NCBI GenBank assembly: GCA_017621695.1
Contig: JAGASP010000127.1
Coordinates: 2,681-66,680 of the forward strand
Direction: 5' to 3'
DNA length: 64,000 nt
Source of the DNA: Clostridia bacterium
GTDB taxonomy: Bacteria; Bacillota; Clostridia; Oscillospirales; CAG-272
Below, piece after piece: positions 1 through 9,902 of this stretch. The position numbers were made by a program, and so were the translations under genes. A model generated the notes under the pieces. It saw only the letters and a list, made by a program, of their open reading frames with translations, ran no database searches and was not told the origin of the DNA. Each line of letters begins with the position of its first letter. The stretch's first letter is position 1.

Positions 1-2170
1 TGGTCACGTCGGTGGTCACGGGCTTGTCGGAGCGGTTTTTCAATGTTACCTGTACCTGCACCGTTCCCTTGTCGAGATTGGGGTTGGTCTGGACAGCCTG
101 CACCTCGGGGGCGGCGTTGAAGATGAGGGAGACCGAATCGGTGATGCCGGGCTCGTCCTCGGTGGATTCGCCGTCGTAGAGCACGTGGGCGGGGGTGTTG
201 GAGTTGCCGAACTGAGCCGTCCACGCCCCCAGCATGATGACGATCTCGTTCTCTCCCTTCTTTAAGAAGTCGGAGATGTCGGTATAGGAATGGGAATAAT
301 TGTACTCATAGCTCCCCGCGTACTGCCCGTTGACGTAGATATGGCGGCCGTACTGGGCAGAGCCGACGTAGAGGAGCGCTTGACCTACGGGTGCCTCCTC
401 CAGCACCACGGACTTTCTGTACCAGGTCAGAGCGCCGCTGTACTCACCCAGATCAAAGGCGGCGGAGTGCCACAGACCGGGGACGGGGATGGAGTTGATG
501 AAGTCCACGCCCTCGGGGATGGTCTTGGGAGCCGTTACGCCGCCCGTGGAGCGGGAAGTACCGATCCCCCAGATGCCGTCCAAGGAAACGGTCAGTCTTT
601 CCCCCGTCTCAGGCATGGTCTGCACCGTCACCACCTCGGGGTCGGGAGCAAAGTTCACCGCTACGTAGTCCAGCCAAAGCTCGCCCTGAGTGACGGTCAG
701 AGTCAGCTCGTCCCCCTTGGCATACGGCTCGGTGCGCAGACCCGCCCCCGCGTAGGTGCGGAGGGTGGTGGCGCACACCGACAGAGTACCGACGGTGGAG
801 CTTCCCTTCTTGACCGCAATGGCCACGTCAGCCTCGGCGCGGTAGGACAGGCTCAATACGTTGTAGGTGTCACGGACGGCAGGAACCTTGAAGGTCACGC
901 TCTGCCCCTTGGTGAGCTTGACGCTTTTGGCGTAGGTGGCCATGATATCGTCCTCGGCCGTCTCCGAGAGAGCGGCGGCGGTGATAGTATTGGCGGGGGC
1001 GTCGGCCACCGTCCCCGAGGCCTCGTTGGTCAGCCACAGGCAGTCCAGGTTGCAGTCCACGTTGGGACGGATCTTGATGTCCGACCCCTCGGGAATGTAA
1101 ACCATGGGGGACACAGCGATGTAAGAGGATTTCATTTCCCAAGAATTAGACGTGGAAAAGGGGATCAGACCCACATCGTGGAAATCCTCCTCCCAGGGAT
1201 AGCGGACGTAAAGGTTCATGTTGTTGGTGTTGGTGGAGGCGTAGGCAATGTGAATACAGTTGGACTCCACCACGTTCTCGAAGATGAAGTATTTTCCTCC
1301 CGTGCCGCCCGCGACCTTACCGCCCGACGCGTCGGGATCGGCCAATTTCGTGATATTGTAGGGGGATACTCCGTCGGGACCCAGCACCACGGCATCCTCG
1401 CACTCGTAGCGGTCAGCAGGGGCGACCACGAAGGAAGCAGAAACCGTAACGTCACCCGTCACGCTAAAGGTGGCCTTGCCGTCGGTGACGGGCACAGGTT
1501 GGCCGTTCACGAAAATATTTTCTACGGCGTTGTTGCCGTTGGGGATGGCGGTGACGGTCACTTCGGTGCCGTCAGCCACGAAGCCGCTGTGGGACAGGGC
1601 GATGCTACCGCCCGAGGGGGTCTCGGCAGCCAGTTGATGATAGGTTTTTTCGGTCACACCGCTCACTTCCTTTCCGTAAACTTCAAATTCCCACATGGAC
1701 ATACCATAAGGAGCCAATGCACGGGTTACTTCCTGAATGCGGATGAATCGGCCGCGACCCGAAACGGAGGTTTCCTTCCACCCCGCGTCGGGGGCGTTTT
1801 CATCCTTCATTTTGGTAAAGGCTTGACCGTCACCGGATATTTCGATGGTGTATGCGGAAGGGTGAGCCGCTTCCCAGTTGATACGGATGCGAGACACGTC
1901 ATAGGTTGCCCCCAGATCAAGGACGTACCACGCCTTGTCGGAACAGCCGCCGCCCGCCGCAAAACGGCTGTTTGTATTGCCGTCGAGTGCGTTGGCCGGT
2001 GTCAGGGATGCGCTCTCGCTGTGACAGGCGATGGCGGTCTTGCCTTGGGCAATGTTGGTGCTGTCCGCCGCGTGAACCGTAAAGGTCATAAAGAGGCAGG
2101 GAAGAAGCATACAAACGGCAAGGAGGATTGCAAGCAAACGGTGGGATGAGTGATTTTTAAAATGTGTCAT
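1..2170 (-). CDS. Secreted multidomain glycoside hydrolase, truncated by the window edge (signal peptide, F5/8 type C/CBM32-like, CBM6/35-like, start of GH2-type sugar-binding domain)
   Basis: Absent from the supplied ORF track because the frame stays open to position 1. ATG at 2170-2168 with GGAGG 6 nt upstream (plus-strand cctcc 2177-2181). My translation gives MTHFKNHSSHRLLAILLAVCMLLPCLFMTFTVHAADST (signal peptide). Then ALDGNTNSRFAAGGG...RIRINWEAAHPSAYTIEISGDG...MWEFEVYG (discoidin pattern) and RYECEDAVVLG...GGKYFIFENV...IHIAYAS (CBM6/35-like). Near the edge, PGLWHSAAFDL...LLYVGSAQYGRHIYVNGQYAGSYEY...YTDISDFLKKGENEIVIML matches the GH2 N-terminal jelly-roll pattern. The 619-aa plus-strand ORF 290-2149 is its antisense shadow. 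Confidence 0.8.
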   Translation of the reverse strand, partial: MTHFKNHSSHRLLAILLAVCMLLPCLFMTFTVHAADSTNIAQGKTAIACHSESASLTPANALDGNTNSRFAAGGGCSDKAWYVLDLGATYDVSRIRINWEAAHPSAYTIEISGDGQAFTKMKDENAPDAGWKETSVSGRGRFIRIQEVTRALAPYGMSMWEFEVYGKEVSGVTEKTYHQLAAETPSGGSIALSHSGFVADGTEVTVTAIPNGNNAVENIFVNGQPVPVTDGKATFSVTGDVTVSASFVVAPADRYECEDAVVLGPDGVSPYNITKLADPDASGGKVAGGTGGKYFIFENVVESNCIHIAYASTNTNNMNLYVRYPWEEDFHDVGLIPFSTSNSWEMKSSYIAVSPMVYIPEGSDIKIRPNVDCNLDCLWLTNEASGTVADAPANTITAAALSETAEDDIMATYAKSVKLTKGQSVTFKVPAVRDTYNVLSLSYRAEADVAIAVKKGSSTVGTLSVCATTLRTYAGAGLRTEPYAKGDELTLTVTQGELWLDYVAVNFAPDPEVVTVQTMPETGERLTVSLDGIWGIGTSRSTGGVTAPKTIPEGVDFINSIPVPGLWHSAAFDLGEYSGALTWYRKSVVLEEAPVGQALLYVGSAQYGRHIYVNGQYAGSYEYNYSHSYTDISDFLKKGENEIVIMLGAWTAQFGNSNTPAHVLYDGESTEDEPGITDSVSLIFNAAPEVQAVQTNPNLDKGTVQVQVTLKNRSDKPVTTDVT

Positions 2171-2240
2171 GAAAAACCTCCATTCCGTCGTCATGTGGCG
2201 ACGTAAGTATTCTTGAAACTTGACTATGATGTTGCACTCC

Positions 2241-4319
2241 TTAGGTAAGTGGGAGGACATATTCAGCAAATGACAATCGAGGAACAATTGTTTTGACAGA
2301 TTGCGCGGTTACTTTCACATGACCGGGGGTTTCGGTGATTTGCGTATCGTGTAGCAGGTTCATGGACAAAAGACTCTTGGCAGACAAGATCACGCCGCTG
2401 CAAGTACCGTCTTTGACCGAAAATGCGGAAAGATCCAACTCTAACTCTCCGTCCTCCTCGGTGCGGTTGAGGAGGTTCAGCACCAGTGCGCTGCCGTCCT
2501 TGTTGACCGAAAGCTGGACCTGGACGGGATCGGTGCGCTTTGCGTGATAGTCCTCCAGCACAAGCGTCCGGTAGGCTTCGGTGGTGGCGAAGCGGTGCAT
2601 CATCATGCCCGCCGAGGTGATGTACGCCCCTTCCTTGGGGGTCTCGATGACCGACTGGGAATGGGTGTTGGCCAGATTGTTGAAATTGATAAAGTCGATG
2701 TCCTGTCCGTATCTCTGCCACATCATGAGGGTAGCGGCGGCATCCAGAGCGTAGGACCACTTGGAGAACATGAAGCACTTGTTCTGCCTTGTCTCGGAGC
2801 GGGGGACCATGTTGTAGACGTCCGCGCCGTTGAGGGGGAGCCACTCGGTGTTGCAGTAGCGGATGGAGGTGCCGTGGGCCTTATTGAACTTGCGGAGGAT
2901 ATCCAGCTTGCGGATCAGATCCCCCTCCTCAAAACCTCTGTCGGCCAGGAAGTCGATATCCATGCCCGCGATCTCCACCATGCGCTCCAGCGCCTCCATG
3001 CTCGAGCAATAGGAGATCATACCGATCTTGATGGTGGGATCAACCGCTTTCATGGTGCGGGAATACAGCACGCAGGTCTCGGCGTATTCCTCGTCGGTGA
3101 ACCAGCGGTGCATCTCGTTGTCCATTTCCCAGTACTTGATATTGTAGGGCTTGACCCGACCGTTTTTGATGCGGGCGCGGCCCCCCTCGGTAGTCTCGTC
3201 GCCGTTGCAGTATTCTACCCATGCGGCGGCCTCCCGCGCTCCCTCCTCCTTGTCCATGAAGTGGGGCAGATCACGGCCGTGGTAAGCGGCGTAGAGGGTA
3301 TTGTCGTTGGGGTCTCCGTTCAAAGACTCGGGGGGCACGTAGTCGAAGAAGCGCTTGAAGGGGTGGAACATATTGACGCAGATCATAGACTCGGCTCCCA
3401 CAGCCTCGGCGTAGGTGGCCAACTCGTCGGTGCCGATATCGTTGTACTGGTAGCCGCCCCAGAAGTAGGAGTACATGGGAGGACGGTAGTCGCCCACGCC
3501 GTCCCGCCAGTTGTAGAAGGAGGCAAAGCACCCGCCCGGCCAGCGGATGACCTTAGGAGACACGTATCTGCCCGCTTCTACCGCGCTCTTTTTGAAGCCG
3601 CGGACTGAATCTGAGGGGATCAGGGTGAAATCGTCGCAGATGACGGTGGTGTGGGGAGGCAGGAGGAGGGCAAAGGTGTAGCGGCCCTCTGCGGGGACTT
3701 CAAATTTGGCCGTTACCTCGGTATAGGTGTCGCCCACCTCACAAAGCGCGCAGGTCACCACGGGATCTTTGGTGGTGCCTTCCTCATAAATAGCGACCGT
3801 CAAGCATCCACTGCCTGTGATCCGTTTGATCTTACCCTTGAAGGTATAGGTGACGGCGGGGAAGCAGTGCTTGCCGTCCTGGGCGAGGCCGCCGAGGGCG
3901 TCGCTGTGGTTCTCCACCTTCATGGCGTGGTCGCCGTGGCAGGCGTCGCCGCAGTAGCCGATGGAGACGTCGGCGAAGGGGGACTTTTCAATGACGAAGG
4001 TGGCGTCGTCGGTGATGGGCTGATAGCCGGCCGTGCCGGGAAAGGCAAACCATGCATTATGCTCATAGCCCGAGTGGTACCAGTCGAACACACGCCAGTC
4101 TGTCTCACAGCGGGATGAGTGGTCGTTCTCGTCCTCCAGGAGATCGTACCAGAGCTTGTTGATCATGCGGTAGGGATAGAAGGGCTCGAAGCTGCGGTTG
4201 AAGAACATTTCGGCGGCCATACCTTCCACCTGGAGGCCGTAGCCCAGCTCGATGAAGTTGGAGGAAAGCTTTTCGCTGATGGGGGTGGAATGGAACCGCG
4301 TGGTTGCTTTTAATTTCAT
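2241..4319 (-). CDS. GH51-like alpha-L-arabinofuranosidase family protein, cytoplasmic
   Basis: 692-aa ORF with GGAGG SD (plus-strand cctcc 4326-4330). IRWPGGCFASFYNWRDGVG, NDIGTDELATYAEAVGAESMICVN and AAAWVEYCNG...KPYNIKYWEMDNEM fit the GH51 catalytic-barrel pattern (GGNF..Y.W.DGIG / WVEYCN / YW.IGNE). No signal peptide. Confidence 0.65.
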   Translation of the reverse strand: MKLKATTRFHSTPISEKLSSNFIELGYGLQVEGMAAEMFFNRSFEPFYPYRMINKLWYDLLEDENDHSSRCETDWRVFDWYHSGYEHNAWFAFPGTAGYQPITDDATFVIEKSPFADVSIGYCGDACHGDHAMKVENHSDALGGLAQDGKHCFPAVTYTFKGKIKRITGSGCLTVAIYEEGTTKDPVVTCALCEVGDTYTEVTAKFEVPAEGRYTFALLLPPHTTVICDDFTLIPSDSVRGFKKSAVEAGRYVSPKVIRWPGGCFASFYNWRDGVGDYRPPMYSYFWGGYQYNDIGTDELATYAEAVGAESMICVNMFHPFKRFFDYVPPESLNGDPNDNTLYAAYHGRDLPHFMDKEEGAREAAAWVEYCNGDETTEGGRARIKNGRVKPYNIKYWEMDNEMHRWFTDEEYAETCVLYSRTMKAVDPTIKIGMISYCSSMEALERMVEIAGMDIDFLADRGFEEGDLIRKLDILRKFNKAHGTSIRYCNTEWLPLNGADVYNMVPRSETRQNKCFMFSKWSYALDAAATLMMWQRYGQDIDFINFNNLANTHSQSVIETPKEGAYITSAGMMMHRFATTEAYRTLVLEDYHAKRTDPVQVQLSVNKDGSALVLNLLNRTEEDGELELDLSAFSVKDGTCSGVILSAKSLLSMNLLHDTQITETPGHVKVTAQSVKTIVPRLSFAEYVLPLT

Positions 4320-4348
4320 AATACGCCTCCGTTTGGGTTGATATAAAC

Positions 4349-4377
4349 ATTATAACATATATAAACAAATTTGTAAA
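4349..4377 (-). promoter_or_regulatory. Sigma-A-type promoter for the GH51-like gene
   Basis: Minus strand reads TTTACA (4377-4372), a 17-nt spacer, then TATAAT (4354-4349), about 30 nt upstream of the ATG at 4319. Confidence 0.65.
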
Positions 4378-4440
4378 GAGTCAAACATACGATGGCTTGT
4401 AACGGTGTAACGGTGGATTTGTCAAATTCCGTCGCAACTC

Positions 4441-4469
4441 TTGACTTTTTTTAGATGTTGTGCTATAAT
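4441..4469 (+). promoter_or_regulatory. Sigma-A-type promoter of the MoxR/vWA operon
   Basis: TTGACT (4441-4446), a 17-nt spacer, then TATAAT (4464-4469). It is followed by a ~135-nt leader before the ATG at 4612. Confidence 0.7.
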
Positions 4470-4611
4470 AAAAAACAGAGTATTGCATGATGGGGATTTT
4501 TTGGCATTTTGACATTTTTTTGTGCTTTTTGCTGACATATCCGCATGTTGTATTGTGACATTTGTATAACGTCAAGTAATTTTTAAGATTTTAAGAAAGA
4601 GGCTGAACGCA

Positions 4612-6093
4612 ATGAGTACCGCCAACAAAAAAAATGACGGCTTTGGCCGTTTCAAAAAGAAACTGCGAAGGAATGCATGGATCAAGAGCCTGCTTTTCGG
4701 TGTTTCTTGCGGTCTGCTGGCCGCGGCAGGCATCATCATCTATCAAAAGATGACAACCGTTTCACCACAACTTCTCCTGTATTTGCCCATCGGCGCGGGA
4801 GTTGCCCTCTTTACGGGACTATTGGCGTTCCTTGTCCTGCGCCCTTCCATCAAAAAGATCGCGCGCAGACTGGATGACGAGTTGATGCTCGGAGAAAAGG
4901 TGCAGACCATGCTGGAGTATCAGGACAGTCAAGAGGATATGCTGGTTTTGCAGCGAGAGGATGCCAATGAAAAGCTGATGAATAAGCCCCTGCGCTCCGT
5001 GCGGGACAGATATTTCTGGCTTTCTGTGATTTTGCCTGTGCTGGCCTGTGTATGTATCACAACGGCGGTGATCCTTCCTGTCAAAGCAGTAGAGCCTCCT
5101 CCGCCCGTCGAGGAAGAACCCGAAACGCCGTTTGAGCTCTCTTCCTGGCAGGAATCCGCTCTGTTGGAGCTGATCGAGCAGGTCAAGAGCTCCGACATGG
5201 AAGCCGCTCCCAAGGCAGCAACCGTTGCCGAGCTGGAAGGACTTCTGGAGACCTTGCGCGTGACAACCGTCGAAAAAGAGATGAAATCCCATGTCATTGA
5301 CACCATTCGCGTGCTCAATCAGATCATACGGGATCACAACTCTGCGGTCATGTTTTATAAATATTTGGCTGTTTCCGAATACGAGCCCGTGAAGGGAATT
5401 GCCATGTCGATGGATATGATCAGCGGTCTTGAAGCAAAGGAAGCCTTGAATCATGCCCGAGAGACTCTCCGTGTTGACGACATCAACGCGCCCATGACAG
5501 CCTTTATTTCGGCGGTCAGCGAAGCGCTCGCCATAATTCAGGAGGAAGGTCTGTCTAAGGAAGAGCCCATTTATCGGGCGTTCCTCACCCTGACGGCACA
5601 GCTCGCCGACATCGGAGCACAGGCCGACGATTATACCCGCGATTGGGTACAGGCGCGTTTTGATGAAGCCTTTGCGGAGGCCTCCGATGAAATCAGCGAT
5701 GCGCTCTATGTCCAACATATCAACCGTGAGGTAAAAAATACCACGGTGAAGCGCCTGATGGAAATTTTCGGCATCTCCGAGGATGAGCTTCCCCGTGAGG
5801 AGCAGGTACAGCTTCCCTCGGGTGATGACGAGCCGGATGATGAAGAGGGCGACGAGGAGGACAAAGGTAGCGAAGGCGGTATCGGCAACATGGAAGTGCT
5901 GTACGGTAGCGACGACGTGATCTATGATCCCGTACAAAATACATACGTCAAATACGGTGATGTCATCAATGGCTACTACGCCGCTGTTTCCGAAAAGATT
6001 CTGGTCGGAAAGATTCCCGACACTCTGCAGGAGTATATAACAAATTATTTCGATACCCTCTACGACGGCTCGGAAAAAGAGACCGAATCGTAA
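4612..6093 (+). CDS. Membrane protein with long acidic helical ectodomain (first gene of the MoxR/vWA operon)
   Basis: 493-aa ORF with SD AAGAAAGAGG upstream. TM helices at WIKSLLFGVSCGLLAAAGIIIY, LLLYLPIGAGVALFTGLLAFLVL and YFWLSVILPVLACVCITTAVILPV. An acidic helical region follows, ending ...IPDTLQEYITNYFDTLYDG. I recognised no catalytic motif. Confidence 0.7.
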   Translation: MSTANKKNDGFGRFKKKLRRNAWIKSLLFGVSCGLLAAAGIIIYQKMTTVSPQLLLYLPIGAGVALFTGLLAFLVLRPSIKKIARRLDDELMLGEKVQTMLEYQDSQEDMLVLQREDANEKLMNKPLRSVRDRYFWLSVILPVLACVCITTAVILPVKAVEPPPPVEEEPETPFELSSWQESALLELIEQVKSSDMEAAPKAATVAELEGLLETLRVTTVEKEMKSHVIDTIRVLNQIIRDHNSAVMFYKYLAVSEYEPVKGIAMSMDMISGLEAKEALNHARETLRVDDINAPMTAFISAVSEALAIIQEEGLSKEEPIYRAFLTLTAQLADIGAQADDYTRDWVQARFDEAFAEASDEISDALYVQHINREVKNTTVKRLMEIFGISEDELPREEQVQLPSGDDEPDDEEGDEEDKGSEGGIGNMEVLYGSDDVIYDPVQNTYVKYGDVINGYYAAVSEKILVGKIPDTLQEYITNYFDTLYDGSEKETES

Positions 6094-6156
6094 TTCCGTT
6101 TACCGTTTAATCTGTTAACATATCACTTACACAAAATGAGGAAGGAAATAACCACC

Positions 6157-7140
6157 ATGGAAAACATCGAAAAGGTAAAGAATTTCAGCCAAGTCGTCTC
6201 TAACATCAAGACCGAGCTCCGCCGTGACGTCGTCGGTCAGGAAGACATCGTGGATAACGTCATCATCGCCATCATTGCAGGAGGTAACGTCCTGCTCGAG
6301 GGCGTACCCGGTGTCGGTAAGACCCGTCTTGTCCGTTCTCTCAGCCACGTTTTGAACCTCCCCTTCTCCCGTATTCAGTTCACTCCCGACCTGATGCCCT
6401 CCGACGTAACGGGTAGCAACGTCATCGTCCGTGACGAGAACGGTAACATGAAGAGCGAATTCCGCAAGGGCCCGATCTTTGCAAACCTTGTGCTCGCCGA
6501 TGAGATCAACCGTGCAACCCCTAAGACCCAGTCCGCAATGCTGGAGGTCATGCAGGAGCATAAGATCACCGTGGGTAATGAAACATACGCTCTTGCTGAG
6601 CCCTTCTTCGTGCTGGCTACCGAGAACCCCATCGAGCAGGACGGTACCTACCCTCTGCCCGAAGCACAGATGGACCGCTTCATCTTCAAGCTCATCATGA
6701 AATTCCCCGGCAACGACGAGCTGGCTGATATCGTTAAGATGACCCAGATCACCATGGCAGAGACTGCCGGAACTGTCGTTGACGGTGCTACCATTCTGGA
6801 GATGCGTGCCCTTGCTTCCTCTGTTCCCGTGATCGACGAGGTCTTGGATTACGCTGTCCGTCTGGTTTCCGGTACGCATCCCGAGCTGGACAAGACCTCC
6901 GATACCGCCAAGAAGTACATCAAATACGGTGCATCTCCCCGTGCTGCCCAGGCACTCATCACCTGTGCCAAGGTTCGCGCTCTCATCAACGGTAATTTCA
7001 ACGTCTCTTACGCAGATGTCGAAGCACTGGCATATCCCGTTCTTCGTCACAGAATCAAGGTCAGCTATGCCGCCATCAACGAGCATCTGTCTGTAGATGA
7101 CGTGATCGGTATGCTCATCAAGGAAACCAAGAAAAAGTAA
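6157..7140 (+). CDS. moxR: MoxR-family AAA+ ATPase
   Basis: VVGQEDIVDNVIIAIIAGGNVLLEGVPGVGKT (Walker A), LVLADEINRATPKTQSAMLEVMQE (Walker B/sensor), and the overall AAA_3/MoxR layout. ATG 6157 lies 10 nt after GAGGAAGGA. The in-frame upstream ATG 6136 (track start) has no SD, so either start is possible. Confidence 0.93.
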   Translation: MENIEKVKNFSQVVSNIKTELRRDVVGQEDIVDNVIIAIIAGGNVLLEGVPGVGKTRLVRSLSHVLNLPFSRIQFTPDLMPSDVTGSNVIVRDENGNMKSEFRKGPIFANLVLADEINRATPKTQSAMLEVMQEHKITVGNETYALAEPFFVLATENPIEQDGTYPLPEAQMDRFIFKLIMKFPGNDELADIVKMTQITMAETAGTVVDGATILEMRALASSVPVIDEVLDYAVRLVSGTHPELDKTSDTAKKYIKYGASPRAAQALITCAKVRALINGNFNVSYADVEALAYPVLRHRIKVSYAAINEHLSVDDVIGMLIKETKKK

Positions 7141-7155
7141 TTTTGGTGTTGCTCA

Positions 7156-8040
7156 ATGGGAAAACAAATCATCAACGAGGCATTTTTGCAGGAGATCGAG
7201 ACCCTGCAAATGCTGATCAAGAACAACGTAGCGGGTCTGTTCGGTGGAAATCACCAGAGTAAGACCTACGGTTCTTCCTGTGAGTTCGCGGATTACCGCG
7301 ACTATATTGAGGGAGACGACGTGACGAAGATCGACTGGAATGCCCTCGCACGCTTTGATAAGCTGTATCTCAAGCTCTATTTGGACGAGCGTCAGATGCA
7401 TACGCGCATCTATATAGATGCCAGCCGCTCCATGGCCTATGGCAGTGCCGAAAAGGCCGAGCAGGCATTGCGTATTGCCGCGACCATCGCCTATCTTTCG
7501 GTAAATGAAATGGACAAGGTGTCTATTTACATCATCCGTGAAGGACAGGTGCATGACGTGATCCTCGGTATGGTGGGAAAGGAGGCTTATTACGCCTCTA
7601 TCAACCGCCTCAATGAGATCGAGTTCGACGGAGACAGCTATATCAGTGATGCGCTGTTGCCCGAAAACGTCGGCTACGGTGACGGTATGTCTGTCATCAT
7701 TTCCGACTTTTTGACAGACAACAATTATGAGGATGCCATCGACCATCTGGTAGGGAAGCGCAGACACGCATTTTGTGTTCAGGTTCTTTCCAAGGAGGAA
7801 TTGAACCCCATGACGCGCGGACGTGTACACTTCTTCGATTCCGAAAACGCCGCAAGAACCTACAGAAAGAACATCGACCGCGACATTGCCAAGGCCTATA
7901 AGGCCGCTCTGGCATATGTCAAGGATCGTATCTCGGGCTACTGCGCCGCCAGAGGCGCAGACTATATGCTGGTATCGGCGGATGACTCCATGGGTAAGAT
8001 CTTCTTTGAAAATATGGTAGATATGGGGGTACTGAAATGA
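7156..8040 (+). CDS. DUF58 domain protein (MoxR partner)
   Basis: FADYRDYIEGDDVTKIDWNALARFDKLYLKLYLDE is the DUF58 signature (R.Y..GD....IDW...AR). It sits directly after moxR, and its stop overlaps the next start (ATGA at 8037-8040). Confidence 0.88.
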   Translation: MGKQIINEAFLQEIETLQMLIKNNVAGLFGGNHQSKTYGSSCEFADYRDYIEGDDVTKIDWNALARFDKLYLKLYLDERQMHTRIYIDASRSMAYGSAEKAEQALRIAATIAYLSVNEMDKVSIYIIREGQVHDVILGMVGKEAYYASINRLNEIEFDGDSYISDALLPENVGYGDGMSVIISDFLTDNNYEDAIDHLVGKRRHAFCVQVLSKEELNPMTRGRVHFFDSENAARTYRKNIDRDIAKAYKAALAYVKDRISGYCAARGADYMLVSADDSMGKIFFENMVDMGVLK

Positions 8041-9902
8041 GCTTTTTATATCCCCTTGGCCTCTTGGGCCTTTTGGGCATTCCTGTCCTGATTATCATCT
8101 ACATTATCAAAAGTAAATACACCGAGCAAACGGTGTCGTCTACTTATCTCTGGATCCTCAGCGAAAAGTTCTTAAAGCGCCGCAATCCGCTGAATCGCCT
8201 GACGGGTATCATCAGTTTGATTTTGCAGATTCTGGCCGTTACCGCCATTTCTCTCGCCATCGCACATCCCATGATCACGCTTCCCGATTCCGCAGGAGAC
8301 TACTTCTTTGTCCTTGACGGCTCGGGCAGTATGCGTATGGATTATGCAACAGATGAAGAGGGAAATACCCGAACCCGCTTTGATGAGGGTAAAGCGCAGA
8401 TCGCAGATATCATCGAAAACGCAATGGACGGTAGCGTGTTCTCTCTCGCCTATGCGGGAGACCGTACCTCTATGGTTTTTGAAGGTATCGAGAATAAAGA
8501 GCAGGCATTGTATCTCCTCTCGGAATTGACCCCTGCCCACGGTGCTGTTTCCATGAATGATGCCATTGGCCAGGCACAGCGTTATTTCAACGAGAATACC
8601 TCGGCACTTGTACATCTTGTCACAGACAAGGATTACGAAGCTGTCGAAAATATGACTCTGCTCAACGTGGGCAGCGACGTAGAAAACTATGCCATTTCCA
8701 ACGTGACCTATACCTATGTCGATAAGATGCTGACGGTCAACGGTTACGTCACATCCTACGTCAGCGATGAAATGCTCACCACCGAGCTGTATGTCAACGG
8801 CGGTGAGTCCCCTGTAGCTGTCGGTGCAGTTGTCGTGATTCAGGGCATGGAAACTCCCTTCCAGTTGACTGCCCGCGTGGAAAACTTTACCGATCTCTCG
8901 GTCAGAATTCCCGACGAAGACGGCTTTATGCACGATAACCGCTGGGATGTCTACGACGTGCAAAGCGAAAATTCCTACAATACGCTCATTGTCAGCGAGC
9001 GTCCTTTCTTCATCGAATCCATGCTGGATGCTCTGTTGAACGCCCACATGGACGTTGTGACCCCCGAGGAGTATGATGGAAGAACAGGATACGGTCTTTA
9101 TGTGTTCGACAGCTATACCCCCGAGACCATGCCCACGGACGGTGCGGTCTGGCTGATGAACCAGCAGGGAAGCCTTGCAGATTCGGGCTTTAGCGTACAA
9201 AGCGAGCTCACCTTTAGCCAGGCACAGGTTTTGGAGCCCTCCAAATCCACATCCTCCGCACTGGAGCCGTTTGTCAAGGATCTGACAGGTGACGATATTT
9301 ATGTCTCTGCGTATGTCAAGTACGGTCTCTACCGTAATTTTACGACGCTGATGTCCCATAACGGCAATCCCGTGATCTTTGCGGGTACCAATGCCTTTGG
9401 AAACCGCGAGGTCGTCTTTGCGTTCGATCTCCACAACTCAAATTTGCCACTGCTTTCTGACTATACCGTGCTCATGCACAATCTGGTGGAATATTCTTTC
9501 CCCGAGATCATTGAGACGACGGCATATTACTGCGGTGACGAGGTTACCATCAATATCCCTGCCAATTGTGAAAGCGTTCGTATCGACGCACCCTCAGGGG
9601 ATAGCTCCTACCTCAGTACGGAGACTGCCGCTGTGCGCTTTGTTCCAACCGAAGTGGGCGAATATACGGTGACCATGAACGTATCCAACACCCAGAGACA
9701 GTTCAAGCTGTACTCTGCGGTCAACCCCCAAGAGCGCAATCCCATGGAAGAACCCGGGGCGGCGTTCGGCCTGCAAGGTGAAGCCACAACCGGCGGGCGT
9801 GACGGACAGTTTGATGCCTTGATGGCAGTTCTCATTGCCCTTGCTGTGATTTTTGTGGCAGATTGGATGGTGTATTGCTATGAGAAATATCAGCTTCGAT
9901 AA
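8037..9902 (+). CDS. Membrane vWA protein with BatA-like N-terminal domain
   Basis: The N-terminus MSFLYPLGLLGLLGIPVLIIIYIIK...VSSTYLW resembles the aerotolerance-regulator (BatA) N-terminal membrane domain. It carries a MIDAS-type motif FFVLDGSGSM and a C-terminal TM helix (ALMAVLIALAVIFVADWMVY). Translationally coupled to the DUF58 gene. Confidence 0.8.
   Translation: MSFLYPLGLLGLLGIPVLIIIYIIKSKYTEQTVSSTYLWILSEKFLKRRNPLNRLTGIISLILQILAVTAISLAIAHPMITLPDSAGDYFFVLDGSGSMRMDYATDEEGNTRTRFDEGKAQIADIIENAMDGSVFSLAYAGDRTSMVFEGIENKEQALYLLSELTPAHGAVSMNDAIGQAQRYFNENTSALVHLVTDKDYEAVENMTLLNVGSDVENYAISNVTYTYVDKMLTVNGYVTSYVSDEMLTTELYVNGGESPVAVGAVVVIQGMETPFQLTARVENFTDLSVRIPDEDGFMHDNRWDVYDVQSENSYNTLIVSERPFFIESMLDALLNAHMDVVTPEEYDGRTGYGLYVFDSYTPETMPTDGAVWLMNQQGSLADSGFSVQSELTFSQAQVLEPSKSTSSALEPFVKDLTGDDIYVSAYVKYGLYRNFTTLMSHNGNPVIFAGTNAFGNREVVFAFDLHNSNLPLLSDYTVLMHNLVEYSFPEIIETTAYYCGDEVTINIPANCESVRIDAPSGDSSYLSTETAAVRFVPTEVGEYTVTMNVSNTQRQFKLYSAVNPQERNPMEEPGAAFGLQGEATTGGRDGQFDALMAVLIALAVIFVADWMVYCYEKYQLR

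Noticed and set aside
290-2149. 619-aa plus-strand ORF, the longest track ORF at the left edge
   Set aside because: Its Gly/Arg/His/Val-rich low-complexity translation is typical of the antisense of a GC-rich gene, and it has no SD. The opposite strand encodes a coherent signal peptide, discoidin, CBM and GH2-like protein in a frame that stays open to the window edge.
4381-4575. 64-aa minus-strand ORF in the divergent promoter region
   Set aside because: It overlaps the operon promoter and leader, has no SD and has a Lys/Tyr-rich AT-driven composition.
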